A DNA stretch of 64,000 bases, taken from Eledone cirrhosa (Eukaryota). The stretch is from positions 139,562,001-139,626,000 of the forward strand of contig OZ024743.1 in assembly GCA_964016885.1 (NCBI GenBank), read 5' to 3'. The position numbers and the translations under genes were made by a program. The notes beneath the pieces were generated by a model. That model was given only the letters and a program-made list of their open reading frames with translations. It was not told the origin of the DNA and searched no databases. This document shows positions 10,720 to 22,600 of this stretch, piece by piece (the stretch's first letter is position 1; each line of letters begins with the position of its first letter).

Positions 10720-13030
10720 GGTGTTTGTACTTGGTGTTTGGTGCTTGGTGTTTGGTGCTAGGTGCTTGGTGTTTGGTGCTTGGTGCTTGGTGTTTGGTGC
10801 CTGGTGCTTGGTGTTTGGTGTTTGGTGTTTGGTGCTTGGTGCTTGGTGCTTGGTGTTTGCTGTTTGCTGTTTGGTGTTTGTTGTTTGGTGTTTGTTATTT
10901 GGTGTTTGCTGTTTGGTGTTTGGTGTTTGCTTTTTGGTGTTTGGTGTTTGATGTATGTTGTTTGGTGTTTGGTGTTTGGTGTTTTGTGTTTGGTGCTTGG
11001 TGCTTGGTGTTTGGTGCTTGGTGCTTGGTGTTTGGTGCCTGGTGCTTGGTGCATGGTGCTTGGTGTTTGGTGTTTGGTGCTTGGTGCTTGGAGTTTGGTG
11101 TTTGGTGCTTGGTGCTTGGTGTTTCGTGTTTCGTGTTTGGTTTTTGGTGCTTGGTGCTTGGTGCTTGGTCCTTGGTGTTTGGTGCTGGGTGCATTGTGTT
11201 TGGTGCTTGGCGCTTGGTGCTTGGTGCTTGGTGTTTGGTGTTTGCTGCTTGGTGTTTGATGCTTGGTGCTTGGTGCTTGGTGTTTTGCGCTTGGTGCTTG
11301 GTGCTTGGTGTTTGGTGCTTGGTGCTTGGTGCTTGGTGTTTGTACTTGGTGCTTGGTGATTGGTGTTTGGTTCTTGGTTCTTGGTGTTTGGTGTTTGGCG
11401 TTTGGTGTTTGGTGCTTGGTGCTTGGTGTTTGGTGCTTGGTGCTTGGTGTTTGGTGCCTGGTGCTTGGTGCTTGGTGTTTGGTGTTTGGTGCTTGGTGCT
11501 TGGTGCTTGGAGTTTGGTGTTTGGTGCTTGGTGCTTTGTGTTTTGTGTTTGGTGTTTGGTTTTTGGTGCTTGGTGCTTGGTCCTTGGTGTTTGGTGCTGG
11601 GTGCTTTGTGTTTGGTGCTTGGTGCTTGGTGTTTGGTGTTTGCTGCTTGGTGTTTGATGCTTGGTGCTTGGTGCTTGGTGTTTTGTGTTTGGTGCTTGGT
11701 TCTTGGTGTTTGGTGCTTGGTGCTTGGTACTTGGTGTTTGTACTTGGTGCTTGGTGCTTGGTGTTTGGTTCTTGGTTCTTGGTGTTTGGTACTTGGTGCT
11801 TGGTGCTTGATGTTTGGTGTTTGGTGCTTGGTGTTTGGTGTTTGGTGTTATATGCTTGGTGTTTGATGCTTGGTGCTTGGTGCTTGGTGTTTGGTGTTTG
11901 GTGCTTGGTGTTTGTACTTGGTGTTTGGAGCTTGGTGTTTGGTGCTAGGTGCTTGGTGTTTGGTGCTTGGTGCTTGGTGTTTGGTGCCTGGTGCTTGGTG
12001 TTTGGTGTTTGGTGTTTGGTGCTTGGTGCTTGGTGTTTGGTGTTTGCTGTTTGCTGTTTGGTGTTTGTTGTTTGGTGTTTGTTATTTGGTGTTTGCTGTT
12101 TGGTGTTTGGTGTTTGCTTTTTGGTGTTTGGTGTTTGATGTATGTTGTTTGGTGTTTGGTGTTTGGTGTTTTGTGTTTGGTGCTTGGTGCTTGGTGTTTG
12201 GTGCTTGGTGCTTGGTGTTTGGTGCCTGGTGCTTGGTGCATGGTGCTTGGTGCATGGTGCTTGGTGTTTGGTGTTTGGTGCTTGGTGCTTGGAGTTTGGT
12301 GTTTGGTGCTTGGTGCTTGGTGTTTCGTGTTTCGTGTTTGGTTTTTGGTGCTTGGTGCTTGGTGCTTGGTCCTTGGTGTTTGGTGCTGGGTGCATTGTGT
12401 TTGGTGCTTGGCGCTTGGTGCTTGGTGCTTGGTGTTTGGTGTTTGCTGCTTGGTGTTTGATGCTTGGTGCTTGGTGCTTGGTGTTTTGCGCTTGGTGCTT
12501 GGTGCTTGGTGTTTGGTGCTTGGTGCTTGGTGCTTGGTGTTTGTACTTGGTGCTTGGTGATTGGTGTTTGGTTCTTGGTTCTTGGTGTTTGGTGTTTGGC
12601 GTTTGGTGTTTGGTGCTTGGTGCTTGGTGTTTGGTGCTTGGTGCTTGGTGTTTGGTGCCTGGTGCTTGGTGATTGGTGTTTGGTGTTTGGTGCTTGGTGA
12701 TTGGTGCTTGGAGTTTGGTGTTTGGTGCTTGGTGCTTTGTGTTTTGTGTTTGGTGTTTGGTTTTTGGTGCTTGGTGCTTGGTCCTTGGTGTTTAGTGCTG
12801 GGTGCTTTGTGTTTGGTGCTTGGTGCTTGGTGTTTGGTGTTTGCTGCTTGGTGTTTGATGCTTGGTGCTTGGTGCTTGGTGTTTTGTGTTTGGTGCTTGG
12901 TTCTTGGTGTTTGGTGCTTGGTGCTTGGTACTTGGTGTTTGTACTTGGTGCTTGGTGCTTGGTGTTTGGTTCTTGGTTCTTGGTGTTTGGTACTTGGTGC
13001 TTGGTGCTTGATGTTTGGTGTTTGGTGCTT
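10720..13030 (+). repeat. Tandem higher-order repeat, period 1187-1201 bp (boundaries approximate)
   Basis: ORF offsets 10762/11949 and 10955/12142 (1187), then 11263/12464 and 11360/12561 (1201) after an extra 14-bp tggtgcatggtgct unit near 12240. Private variants ttgttat and ttttgcgc are shared. Confidence 0.87.
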
Positions 13031-16000
13031 GGTGTTTGGTGCTTGGTGCTTGGTGCTTGGTGTTAGGTGTTTGGTGCTTGGTCCTTGGTTTTTGGTGCTT
13101 GGTGTTTGGTGTTTGCTGTTTGGTGTTTGGTGTTTCGTGTTTGGTGTTTGCTGTTTGGTGTCTGCTTTTTGGTGTTTAGTGTTTGGTGTATGGTGTTTGG
13201 TGTTTGCTGTTTGGTGTTTGGTCTTTGGTGCTTGGTGTTTGGTGCTTGGTGCTTGGTGTTTGGTGTTTGGTGCTTGGTGCTTGGTGTTTGGTGTTTGGTG
13301 CTTGGTGTTTGGTGTTTGGTGCTTGGTGTCTGGTGCTTGGTGTTTGGTTTTTGGTGCTTGGTGTTTAGTGTTTGGTGCTTGGTGTTTGGTGTTTGGTGTT
13401 TGGTGCTTGGTGCTTGGTGTTTGGTGTTTGGTGTTTGGTGCTTGGTGTCTGGTGCTTGGTGTTTGGTGTTTGGTGCTTGGTGTTTGGTGTTTGGTGTTTG
13501 GTGCTTGGTGCTTGGTGCTTGGTGTTTGGTGTTTGGTGCTTGGTGCTTGGTGTTTGGTGCTTGGTGCTGGGTGGTTGGTGTTTGGTGCTTGGTGTTAGGT
13601 GCTGGGTGCTTGGTGTTTGGTGCTGGGTGCTTGGTATTTGGTGCTTGGTGCTTGGTCTTTGGTGCTTGGTGTTTGGTGTTTGGTGTTTGGTGTTTAGTGT
13701 TTGGTGTATGGTGTTTGGTGTTTGCTGTTTGGTGCTTGGTGTTTGGTGCTTGGTGCTTGGTGTTTGGTGCTTGGTGCTTGGTGTTTGGTTTTTGGTGCTT
13801 GGTGCTTGGTGTTTGGTGTTTGGTGCTTGCTGCTGGCTGCTTGGTGTTTGATGCATGGTGATTGGTGCTTGGTGTTTGGTGCTTGGTGTTTGGTGTTTGA
13901 TGCTTGGTGCTTGGTGCTTGGTGTTTGGTGCTTGGTGCTTGGTGCTTGGTGTTTGGTGCTTGGTGTTTGGTGCTTGGTGTTTGGTGCTTGGTGCTTGGTG
14001 CTTGGTGCTTGGTGTTTGGTGGTTGGTGCTTGGTGCTTGGTGTTAGGTGTTTGGTGCTTGGTGCTTGGTGGTTGGTGTTTGGTGCTTGGTGTTTGGTGCT
14101 GGGTGCTTGGTTTTTGGTGCTGGGTGCTTGGTGTTTGGTGCTTGGTGCTTGGTCTTTGGTGCTTTGTGTTTGGTGCTTGGTGCTTGGTGCTTGGTGTTTG
14201 GTGTTTGGTGCTTGGTGTTTGGTGCTTGGTGCTTGGTGTTTGGTTTTTGGTGCTTGGTGTTTGGTGTTTGGTGTTTGGTGCTTGCTGCTGGCTGCTTGGT
14301 GTTTGATGCATGGTGATTTGTGCTTGGTGTTTGGTGCTTGGTGTTTGGTGTTTGATGCTTGGTGCTTGGTGTTTGGTGTTTGATGCTTGGTGCTTGGTGC
14401 TTGGTGTTTGGTGCTTGGTGTTTGGTGTTTGGTGCTTGGTCATTGGTGTTTCTACTTGGTGCTTGGTGCTTGGTTCTTGGTGTTTGGTGCTTGGTGCTTG
14501 GTGTTTGGTGTTATATGTTTGGTGTTTGATGCTTGGTGCTTGGTGCTTGGTGTTTGGTGTTTGGTGTTTGATGCTTGGTGCTTGGTGTTTGGTGCTTGGT
14601 GCTTGGTGTTTGTACTTGGTGCTTGGTGCTTGGTGCTTGGTGTTTGGTGCTTGGTATTTGGTGCTTGGTGCTTGGTGCTTGGTCCTTGGTGCTTGGTGTT
14701 TGGTGGTTGGTGTTTGGTGGTTGGTGTTAGGTGTTTGGTGCTTGGTGCTTGGTGTTTGGTGTTTGGTGCTTGGTGTTTGGTGTTTGGTGCTTGGTGTTTG
14801 GTGCTTGGTACTTGGTGCTTGGTGCTTGGTGTTAGGTGTTTGGTGCTTGGTGTTTGGTGCTTGGTGTTTGGTGCTTGGTGCTTGGTGCTTGGTGCTTGGT
14901 GTTTGGTGGTTGGTGTTTGGTGCTTGGTGTTTGGTGCTTGGTGTTACGTGTTTGGTGCTTGGTGCTTGGTGTTTGGTGTTTGGTGCTTGGTGTTTGGTGT
15001 TTGGTGCTTGGTGTTTGGTGCTTTTTGCTTGGTGCTTGGTGCTTGGTGTTTGGTGCTGGGTGCTTGGTGCTTGGTGTTTGGTGTTAGATGCTTGGTGTTT
15101 GATGCTTGGTGCTTGGTGCTTGGTGTTTGGTGTTTGGTGCTTGGTGTTTGATGCTTGGTGCTTGGTGCTTGATGTTTGGTGCTTGGTGCTTGGTGTTTGG
15201 TGCTTGGTGCTTGGTGTTTGGTGCTTGGTGTTTGGTGCTTGGTGTTTGGTGCTTGGTGCTTGGTGCTTGGTGCTTGGTGTTTGGTGTTTGGTGCTTGGTG
15301 TTTGGTGCTTGGTACTTGGTGCTTGGTGCTTGGTGTTAGGTGTTTGGTGCTTGGTGCTTGGTGTCTGGTTTTTGGTGCTTGGTGCTTGGTGTTTGGTGCT
15401 TGCTGCTGGCTGCTTGGTGTTTGGTGCTTGGTGATTGGTGCTTGGTGTTTGGTGTTTGGTGCTAGGTGCTTGGTGTTTGGTGCTTGGTGCTTGGTGTTTG
15501 TACTTGGTGCTTGGTGCTTGGTTCTTGGTGTTTGGTGCTTCGTGCTTGGTGTTTGGTGCTTGGTGCTTGGTGTTTGGTGCTTGGTGTTTGGTGCTTGGTG
15601 TTTGGTGCTTGGTGCTTGGTGCTTGGTGTTTGGTGCTTGGTGTTTGGTGCTTGGTGTTAGGTGTTTGGTGCTTGGTGCTTGGTGTTTGGTGTTTGGTGCT
15701 TGGTGTTTGGTGTTTGGTGTTATATGCTTGGTGTTTGATGCTTGGTGCTTGGTGCTTGGTGTTTGGCGCTTGGTGTTTGATGCTTGGTGCTTGGTGCTTG
15801 GTGTTTGGTGCTTGGTGCTTGGTGTTTGTACTTGGTGCTTGGTGCTTGGTTCTTGGTGTTTGGTGCTTGGTGTTTGGTGTTTGGTGCTTGGTGTTTGGTG
15901 TTATATGCTTGGTGTTTGATGCTTGGTGCTTGGTGCTTGGTGTTTGGTGTTTGGTGTTTGATGCTTGGTGCTTGGTGCTTGGTGTTTGGTGCTTGGTGCT

Positions 16001-19000
16001 TGGTGTTTGTACTTGGTGCTTGGTGCTTGGTTCTTGGTGTTTGGTGCTTGGTGCTTGGTGTTTGGTGCTTGGTGCTTGGTGTTTGGTGCTTGGTGTTTGG
16101 TGCTTGGTGTTTGGTGCTTGGTGCTTGGTGCTTAGTGCTTGGTGTTTGGTGCTTGGTGTTAGATGTTTGGTGCTTGGTGCTTGGTGTTTGGTGTTAGGTG
16201 TTTGGTGCTTGGTGTTTGGTGTTTGGTGCTTGGTGTTTGGTGCTTGGTACTTGGTGCTTGGTGCTTCGTGTTAGGTGTTTGGTGCTTGGTGCTTGGTGTT
16301 TGGTTTTTGGTGCTTGGTGCTTGGTGTTTGGTGTTTGGTGCTTGCTGCTGGCTGCTTGGTGTTTGATGCTTGGTGATTGGTGCTTGGTGTTTTGTGCTTG
16401 GTGTTTGGTGTTTGGTGCTAGGTGCTTGGTGTTTGGTGCTTGGTGCTTGGTGCTTGGTGTTTGGTGTTTGGTTTTAGGTGCTTGGTGCTTGGTGTTTGGT
16501 GCTTGGTGCTGGGTGGTTGGTGTTTAGTGCTTGGTGTTTGGTGCTGGGTGCTTGGTGTTTGGTGCTTGGTGCTTGGTCTTTGGTGCTTGGTGTTTGGTGT
16601 TTGGTGCTTGGTGCTTGGTGCTTGGTGTTTGGTGCTTGGTGCTTGGTGTTTGGTGCTTGGTGCTTAGTGTTTGGTGCTTGGTGCTTAGTGTTTGGTGTTT
16701 GGTGCTTGGTGCTTGGTGTTTGGTGCTTAGTGTTTGGTGCTTGGTGCTTGGTGTTTGGTGTTTGCTGTTTGCTGTTTGGTGTTTGTTGTTTGGTGTTTGT
16801 TGTTTGGTGTTTGCTGTTTGGTGTTTGGTGTTTGCTTTTTGGTGTTTGGTGTTTGCTGTATGTTGTTTGGTGTTTGGTGTTTGGTGTTTGGTGTTTGGTG
16901 CTTGTTGCTTGGTGTTTGGTGCTTGGTGCTTGGTGTTTGGTGCCTGGTGCTTGGTGCTTGGTGCTTGGTGTTTGGTGTTTGGTGCTTGGTGCTTGGAGTT
17001 TGGTGTTTGGTGCTTGGTGCTTGGTGTTTCGTGTTTCGTGTTTGGGTTTTGGTGCTTGGTGCTTGGTGCTTGGTCCTTGGTGTTTGGTGCTGGGTGCATT
17101 GTGTTTGGTGCTTGGTGCTTGGTGCTTGGTGTTTGGTGTTTGCTGCTTGGTGTTTGATGCTTGGTGCTTGGTGGTTGGTGTTTTGTGTTTGGTGCTTGGT
17201 GCTTGGTGTTTGGTGCTTGGTGCTTGGTGCTTGGTGTTTGGTTCTTGGTTCTTGGTGTTTGGTGTTTGGCGTTTGGTGTTTGGTGCTTGGTGCTTGGTGT
17301 TTGGTGCTTGGTGCTTGGTGTTTGGTGCCTGGTGCTTGGTGCTTGGTGCTTGGTGTTTGGTGTTTGGTGCTTGGTGCTTGGTGCTTGGAGTTTGGTGTTT
17401 GGTGCTTGGTGCTTTGTGTTTTGTGTTTGGTGTTTGGTTTTTGGTGCTTGGTGCTTGGTCATTGGTGTTTGGTGCTGGGTGCTTTGTGTTTTGTGCTTGG
17501 TGCTTGGTGTTTGGTGTTTGCTGCTTGGTGTTTGATGCTTGGTGCTTGGTGCTGGGTGCATTGTGTTTGGTGCTTGGTGCTTGGTGCTTGGTGTTTGGTG
17601 TTTGCTGCTTGGTGTTTGATGCTTGGTGCTTGGTGGTTGGTGTTTGGTGCTTGGTGCTTGGTACTTGGTGTTTGTACTTGGTGCTTGGTGCTTGGTGTTT
17701 GGTTCTTGGTTCTTGGTGTTTGGTACTTGGTGCTTGGTGCTTGATGTTTGGTGTTTGGTGCTTGGTGTTTGGTGCTTGGTACTTGGTGCTTGGTGCTTGG
17801 TGTTAGGTGTTTGGTGCTTGGTGCTTGGTGTTTGGTTTTTGGTGCTTGGTGCTTGGTGTTTGGTGTTTGGTGCTTGCTGCTGGCTGCTTGGTGTTTGATG
17901 CTTGGTGATTGGTGCTTGGTGTTTTGTGCTTGGTGTTTGGTGTTTGGTGCTAGGTGCTTGGTGTTTGGTGCTTGGTGCTTGGTGCTTGGTGTTTGGTGTT
18001 TGGTGTTAGGTGCTTGATGCTTGGTGTTTGGTGCTTGGTGCTGAGTGGTTGGTGTTTAGTGATTGGTGTTTGGTGCTGGGTGCTTGGTGTTTGGTGCTTG
18101 GTGCTTGGTCTTTGGTGCTTGGTGTTTGGTGTTTGGTGCTTGGTGCTTGGTGCTTGGTGTTTGGTGCTTGGTGCTTGGTGTTTGGTGCTTGGTGCTTAGT
18201 GTTTGGTGCTTGGTGCTTAGTGTTTGGTGCTAGGTGCTTGGTGTTTGGTGCTTGGTGCTTGGTGTTTGGTGCCTGGTGCTTGGTGTTTGGTGTTTGGTGT
18301 TTGGTGCTTGGTGCTTGGTGTTTGGTGTTTGCTGTTTGCTGTTTGGTGTTTGTTGTTTGGTGTTTGTTGTTTGGTGTTTGCTGTTTGGTGTTTGGTGTTT
18401 GCTTTTTGGTGTTTGGTGTTTGCTGTATGTTGTTTGCTGTTTGGTGTTTGGTGTTTGGTGTTTGGTGCTTGGTGCTTGCTGCTGGCTGCTTGGTGCTTGG
18501 TGTTTGGTGCCTGGTGCTTGGTGCTTGGTGCTTGGTGTTTGGTGTTTGGTGCTTGGTGCTTGGAGTTTGGTGTTTGGTGCTTGGTGCTTGGTATTTTGTG
18601 TTTCGTGTTTGGTTTTTGGTGCTTGGTGCTTGGTGCTTGGTCCTTGGTGTTTGGTGCTGGGTGCTTGGTGTTTGGTGCTTGGTGCTTGGTCTTTGGTGCT
18701 TTGTGTTTGGTGCTTGGTGCTTGGTGTTTGGTGATTGGTGCTTGGTGTTTGGTGCTTGGTGCTTGGTGTTTGGTTTTTGGTGCTTGGTGTTTGGTGTTTG
18801 GTGTTTGGTGCTTGCTGCTGGCTGCTTGGTGTTTGATGCATGGTGATTTGTGCTTGGTGTTTGGTGCTTGGTGTTTGGTGTTTGATGCTTGGTGCTTGGA
18901 GTTTGGTGTTTGATGCTTGGTGCTTGGTGCTTGGTGCTTGGTGCTTGGTGTTTGGTGCTTGGTGTTTGGTGTTTGGTGCTTGGTGATTGGTGTTTCTACT

Positions 19001-19649
19001 TGGTGCTTGGTGCTTGGTTCTTGGTATTTGGTGCTTGGTGCTTGGTGTTTGGTGTTATATGCTTGGTGTTTGATGCTTGGTGCTTGGTGCTTGGTGTTTG
19101 GTGTTTGGTGTTTGATGCTTGGTGCTTGGTGTTTGGTGCTTGGTGCTTGGTGTTTGAACTTGGTACTTGGTGCTTGGTGCTTGGTGTTTGGTGCTTGGTA
19201 TTTGGTGCTTGGTGCTTGGTGCATGGTCCTTGGTGCTTGGTGTTTGGTGGTTGGTGTTTGGTGGTTGGTGTTAGGTGTTTGGTGCTTGGTGCTTGGTGTT
19301 TGGTGTTTGGTGCTTGGTGTTTGGTGTTTGGTGCTTGGTGTTTGGTGCTTGGTACTTGGTGCTTGGTGCTTGGTGTTAGGTGTTTGGTGCTTGGTGTTTG
19401 GTGCTTGGTGTTTGGTGCTTGGTGTTTGGTGCTTGGTGTTTGGTGGTGGGTGTTAGGTGTTTGGTGCTTGGTGCTTGGTGTTTGGTGTTTGGTGCTTGGT
19501 GTTTGGTGTTTGGTGCTTGGTGTTTGGTGCTTGGTACTTGGTGCTTGGTGCTTGGTGTTAGGTGTTTGGTGCTTGGTGTTTGGTGCTTGGTGTTTGGTGC
19601 TTGGTGCTTGGTGTTTGGTGCTTGGTGTTTGGTGTTTGGTGCTTGGTCA

Positions 19650-22600
19650 TTGGTGTTTCTACTTGGTGCTTGGTGCTTGGTTCTTGGTGTTTGGTGCTTG
19701 GTGCTTGGTGTTTGGTGTTATATGCTTGGTGTTTGATGCTTGGTTCTTGGTGCTTGGTGTTTGGTGTTTGGTTTTTGATGCTTGGTGCTTGGTGTTTGGT
19801 GCTTGGTGCTTGGTGTTTGTACTTGGTGCTTGGTGCTTGGTGCTTGGTGTTTGGTGCTTGGTATTTGGTGCTTGGTGCTTGGTGCTTGGTCCTTGGTGCT
19901 TGGTGTTTGGTGGTTGGTGTTTGGTGGTTGGTGTTAGGTGTTTGGTGCTTGGTGCTTGGTGTTTGGTGTTTGGTGCTTGGTGTTTGGTGTTTGGTGCTTG
20001 GTGTTTGGTGCTTGGTACTTGGTGCTTGGTGCTTGGTGTTAGGTGTTTGGTGCTTGGTGTTTGGTGCTTGGTGTTTGGTGCTTGGTGCTTGGTGCTTGGT
20101 GCTTGGTGTTTGGTGGTTGGTGTTTGGTGCTTGGTGTTTGGTGCTTGGTGTTACGTGTTTGGTGCTTGGTGCTTGGTGTTTGGTGTTTGGTGCTTGGTGT
20201 TTGGTGTTTGGTGCTTGGTGTTTGGTGCTTTTTGCTTGGTGCTTGGTGCTTGGTGTTTGGTGCTGGGTGTTTGGTGCTTGGTGTTTGGTGTTATATGCTT
20301 GGTGTTTGATGCTTGGTGCTTGGTGCTTGGTGTTTGGTGTTTGGTGCTTGGTGTTTGATGCTTGGTGCTTGGTGCTTGGTGTTTGGTGCTTGGTGCTTGG
20401 TGTTTGGTGCTTGGTGCTTGGTGTTTGTTGCTTGGTGTTTGGTGCTTGGTGTTTGGTGCTTGGTGCTTGGTGCTTGGTGCTTGGTGTTTGGTGTTTGGTG
20501 CTTGGTATTTGGTGCTTGGTACTTGGTGCTTGGTGCTTGGTGTTAGGTGTTTGGTGCTTGGTGCTTGGTGTCTGGTATTTGGTGCTTGGTGCTTGGTGTT
20601 TGGTGCTAGCTGCTGGCTGCTTGGTGTTTGGTGCTTGGTGATTGGTGCTTGGTGCTTGGTGTTTGGTGCTAGGTGCTTGGTGTTTGGTGCTTGGTGCTTG
20701 GTGTTTGTACTTGGTGCTTGGTGCTTGGTTCTTGGTGTTTGGTGCTTCGTGCTTGGTGTTTGGTGCTTGGTGCTTGGTGTTTGGTGCTTGGTGTTTGGTG
20801 CTTGGTGTTTGGTGCTTGGTGCTTGGTGCTTGGTGTTTGGTGCTTGGTGTTTGGTGCTTGGTGTTAGGTGTTTGGTGCTTGGTGCTTGGTGTTTGGTGTT
20901 TGGTGCTTGGTGTTTGGTGTTTGGTGTTATATGCTTGGTGTTTGATGCTTGGTGCTTGGTGCTTGGTGTTTGGCGCTTGGTGTTTGATGCTTGGTGCTTG
21001 GTGCTTGGTGTTTGGTGCTTGGTGCTTGGTGTTTGTACTTGGTGCTTGGTGCTTGGCTCTTGGTGTTTGGTGCCTGGTGTTTGGTGTTTGGTGCTGGTTG
21101 CTTGGTGTTTGGTGCTTGGTGCTTGGTGTTTGGTGACTGGTGCTTGGTGCTTGGTGCTGGTGTTTGGTGTTTGGTGCTTGGTGCTTGGAGTTTGGTGTTT
21201 GGTGCTTGGTGCTTGGTGTTTCGTGTTTCGTGTTTGGTTTTTGGTGCTTGGTGCTTGGTGCTTGGTCCTTGGTGTTTGGTGCTGGGTGCATTGTGTTTGG
21301 TGCTTGGTGCTTGGTGCTTGGTGTTTGGTGTTTGCTGCTTGGTGTTTGATGCTTGGTGCTTGGTGGTTGGTGTTTTGTGTTTGGTGCTTGGTGCTTGGTG
21401 TTTGGTGCTTGGTGCTTGGTGCTTGGTGTTTGGTTCTTGGTTCTTGGATTTTGGTGTTTGGCGTTTGGTGTTTGGTGCTTGGTGCTTGGTGTTTGGTGCT
21501 TGGTGCTTGGTGTTTGGTGCCTGGTGCTTGGTGCTTGGTGCTTGGTGTTTGGTGTTTGGTGCTTGGTGCTTGGTGCTTGGAGTTTGGTGTTTGGTGCTTG
21601 GTGCTTTGTGTTTTGTGTTTGGTGTTTGGTTTTTGGTGCTTGGTGCTTGGTCATTGGTGTTTGGTGCTGGGTGCTTTGTGTTTTGTGCTTGGTGCTTGGT
21701 GTTTGGTGTTTGCTGCTTGGTGTTTGATGCTTGGTGCTTGGTGCTTGGTGTTTTGTGTTTGGTGCTTGGTTCTTGGTGTTTGGTGCTTGGTGCTTGGTAC
21801 TTGGTGTTTGTACTTGGTGCTTGGTGCTTGGTGTTTGGTTCTTGGTTCTTGGTGTTTGGTACTTGGTGCTTGGTGCTCGATGTTTGGTGTTTGGTGCTTG
21901 GTGTTTGGTGCTTGGTACTTGGTGCTTGGTGCTTGGGGTTAGGTGTTTGGTGCTTGGTGCTTGGTGTTTGGTTTTTGGTGCTTGCTCCTGGCTGCTTGGT
22001 GTTTGATGCTTGGTGATTGGTGCTTGGTGTTTTGTGCTTGGTGTTTGGTGTTTGGTGCTAGGTGCTTGGTGTTTGGTGCTTGGTGCTTGGTGCTTGGTGT
22101 TTGGTGTTTGGTGTTAGGTGCTTCATGCTTGGTGTTTGGTGCTTGGTGCTGAGTGGTTGGTGTTTAGTGCTTGGTGTTTGGTGCTGGGTGCTTGGTGTTT
22201 GGTGCCTGGTGCTTGGTCTTTGGTGCTTGGTGTTTGGTGTTTGGTGCTTGGTGCTTGGTGCTTGGTGTTTGGTGCTTGGTGCTTGGTGTTTGGTGCTTGG
22301 TGCTTAGTGTTTGGTGCTTGGTGCTTAGTGTTTGGTGCTAGGTGCTTGGTGTTTGGTGCTTGGTGCTTGGTGTTTGGTGCCTGGTGCTTGGTGTTTGGTA
22401 TTTGGTGTTTGGTGCTTGGTGCTTGGTGTTTGGTATTTGCTGTTTGCTGTTTGGTGTTTGTTGTTTGGTGTTTGTTGTTTGGTGTTTGCTGTTTGGTGTT
22501 TGGTGTTTGCTGTATGTTGTTTGCTGTTTGGTGTTTGGTGTTTGGTGTTTGGTGCTTGGTGCTTGCTGCTGGCTGCTTGGTGCTTGGTGTTTGGTGCCTG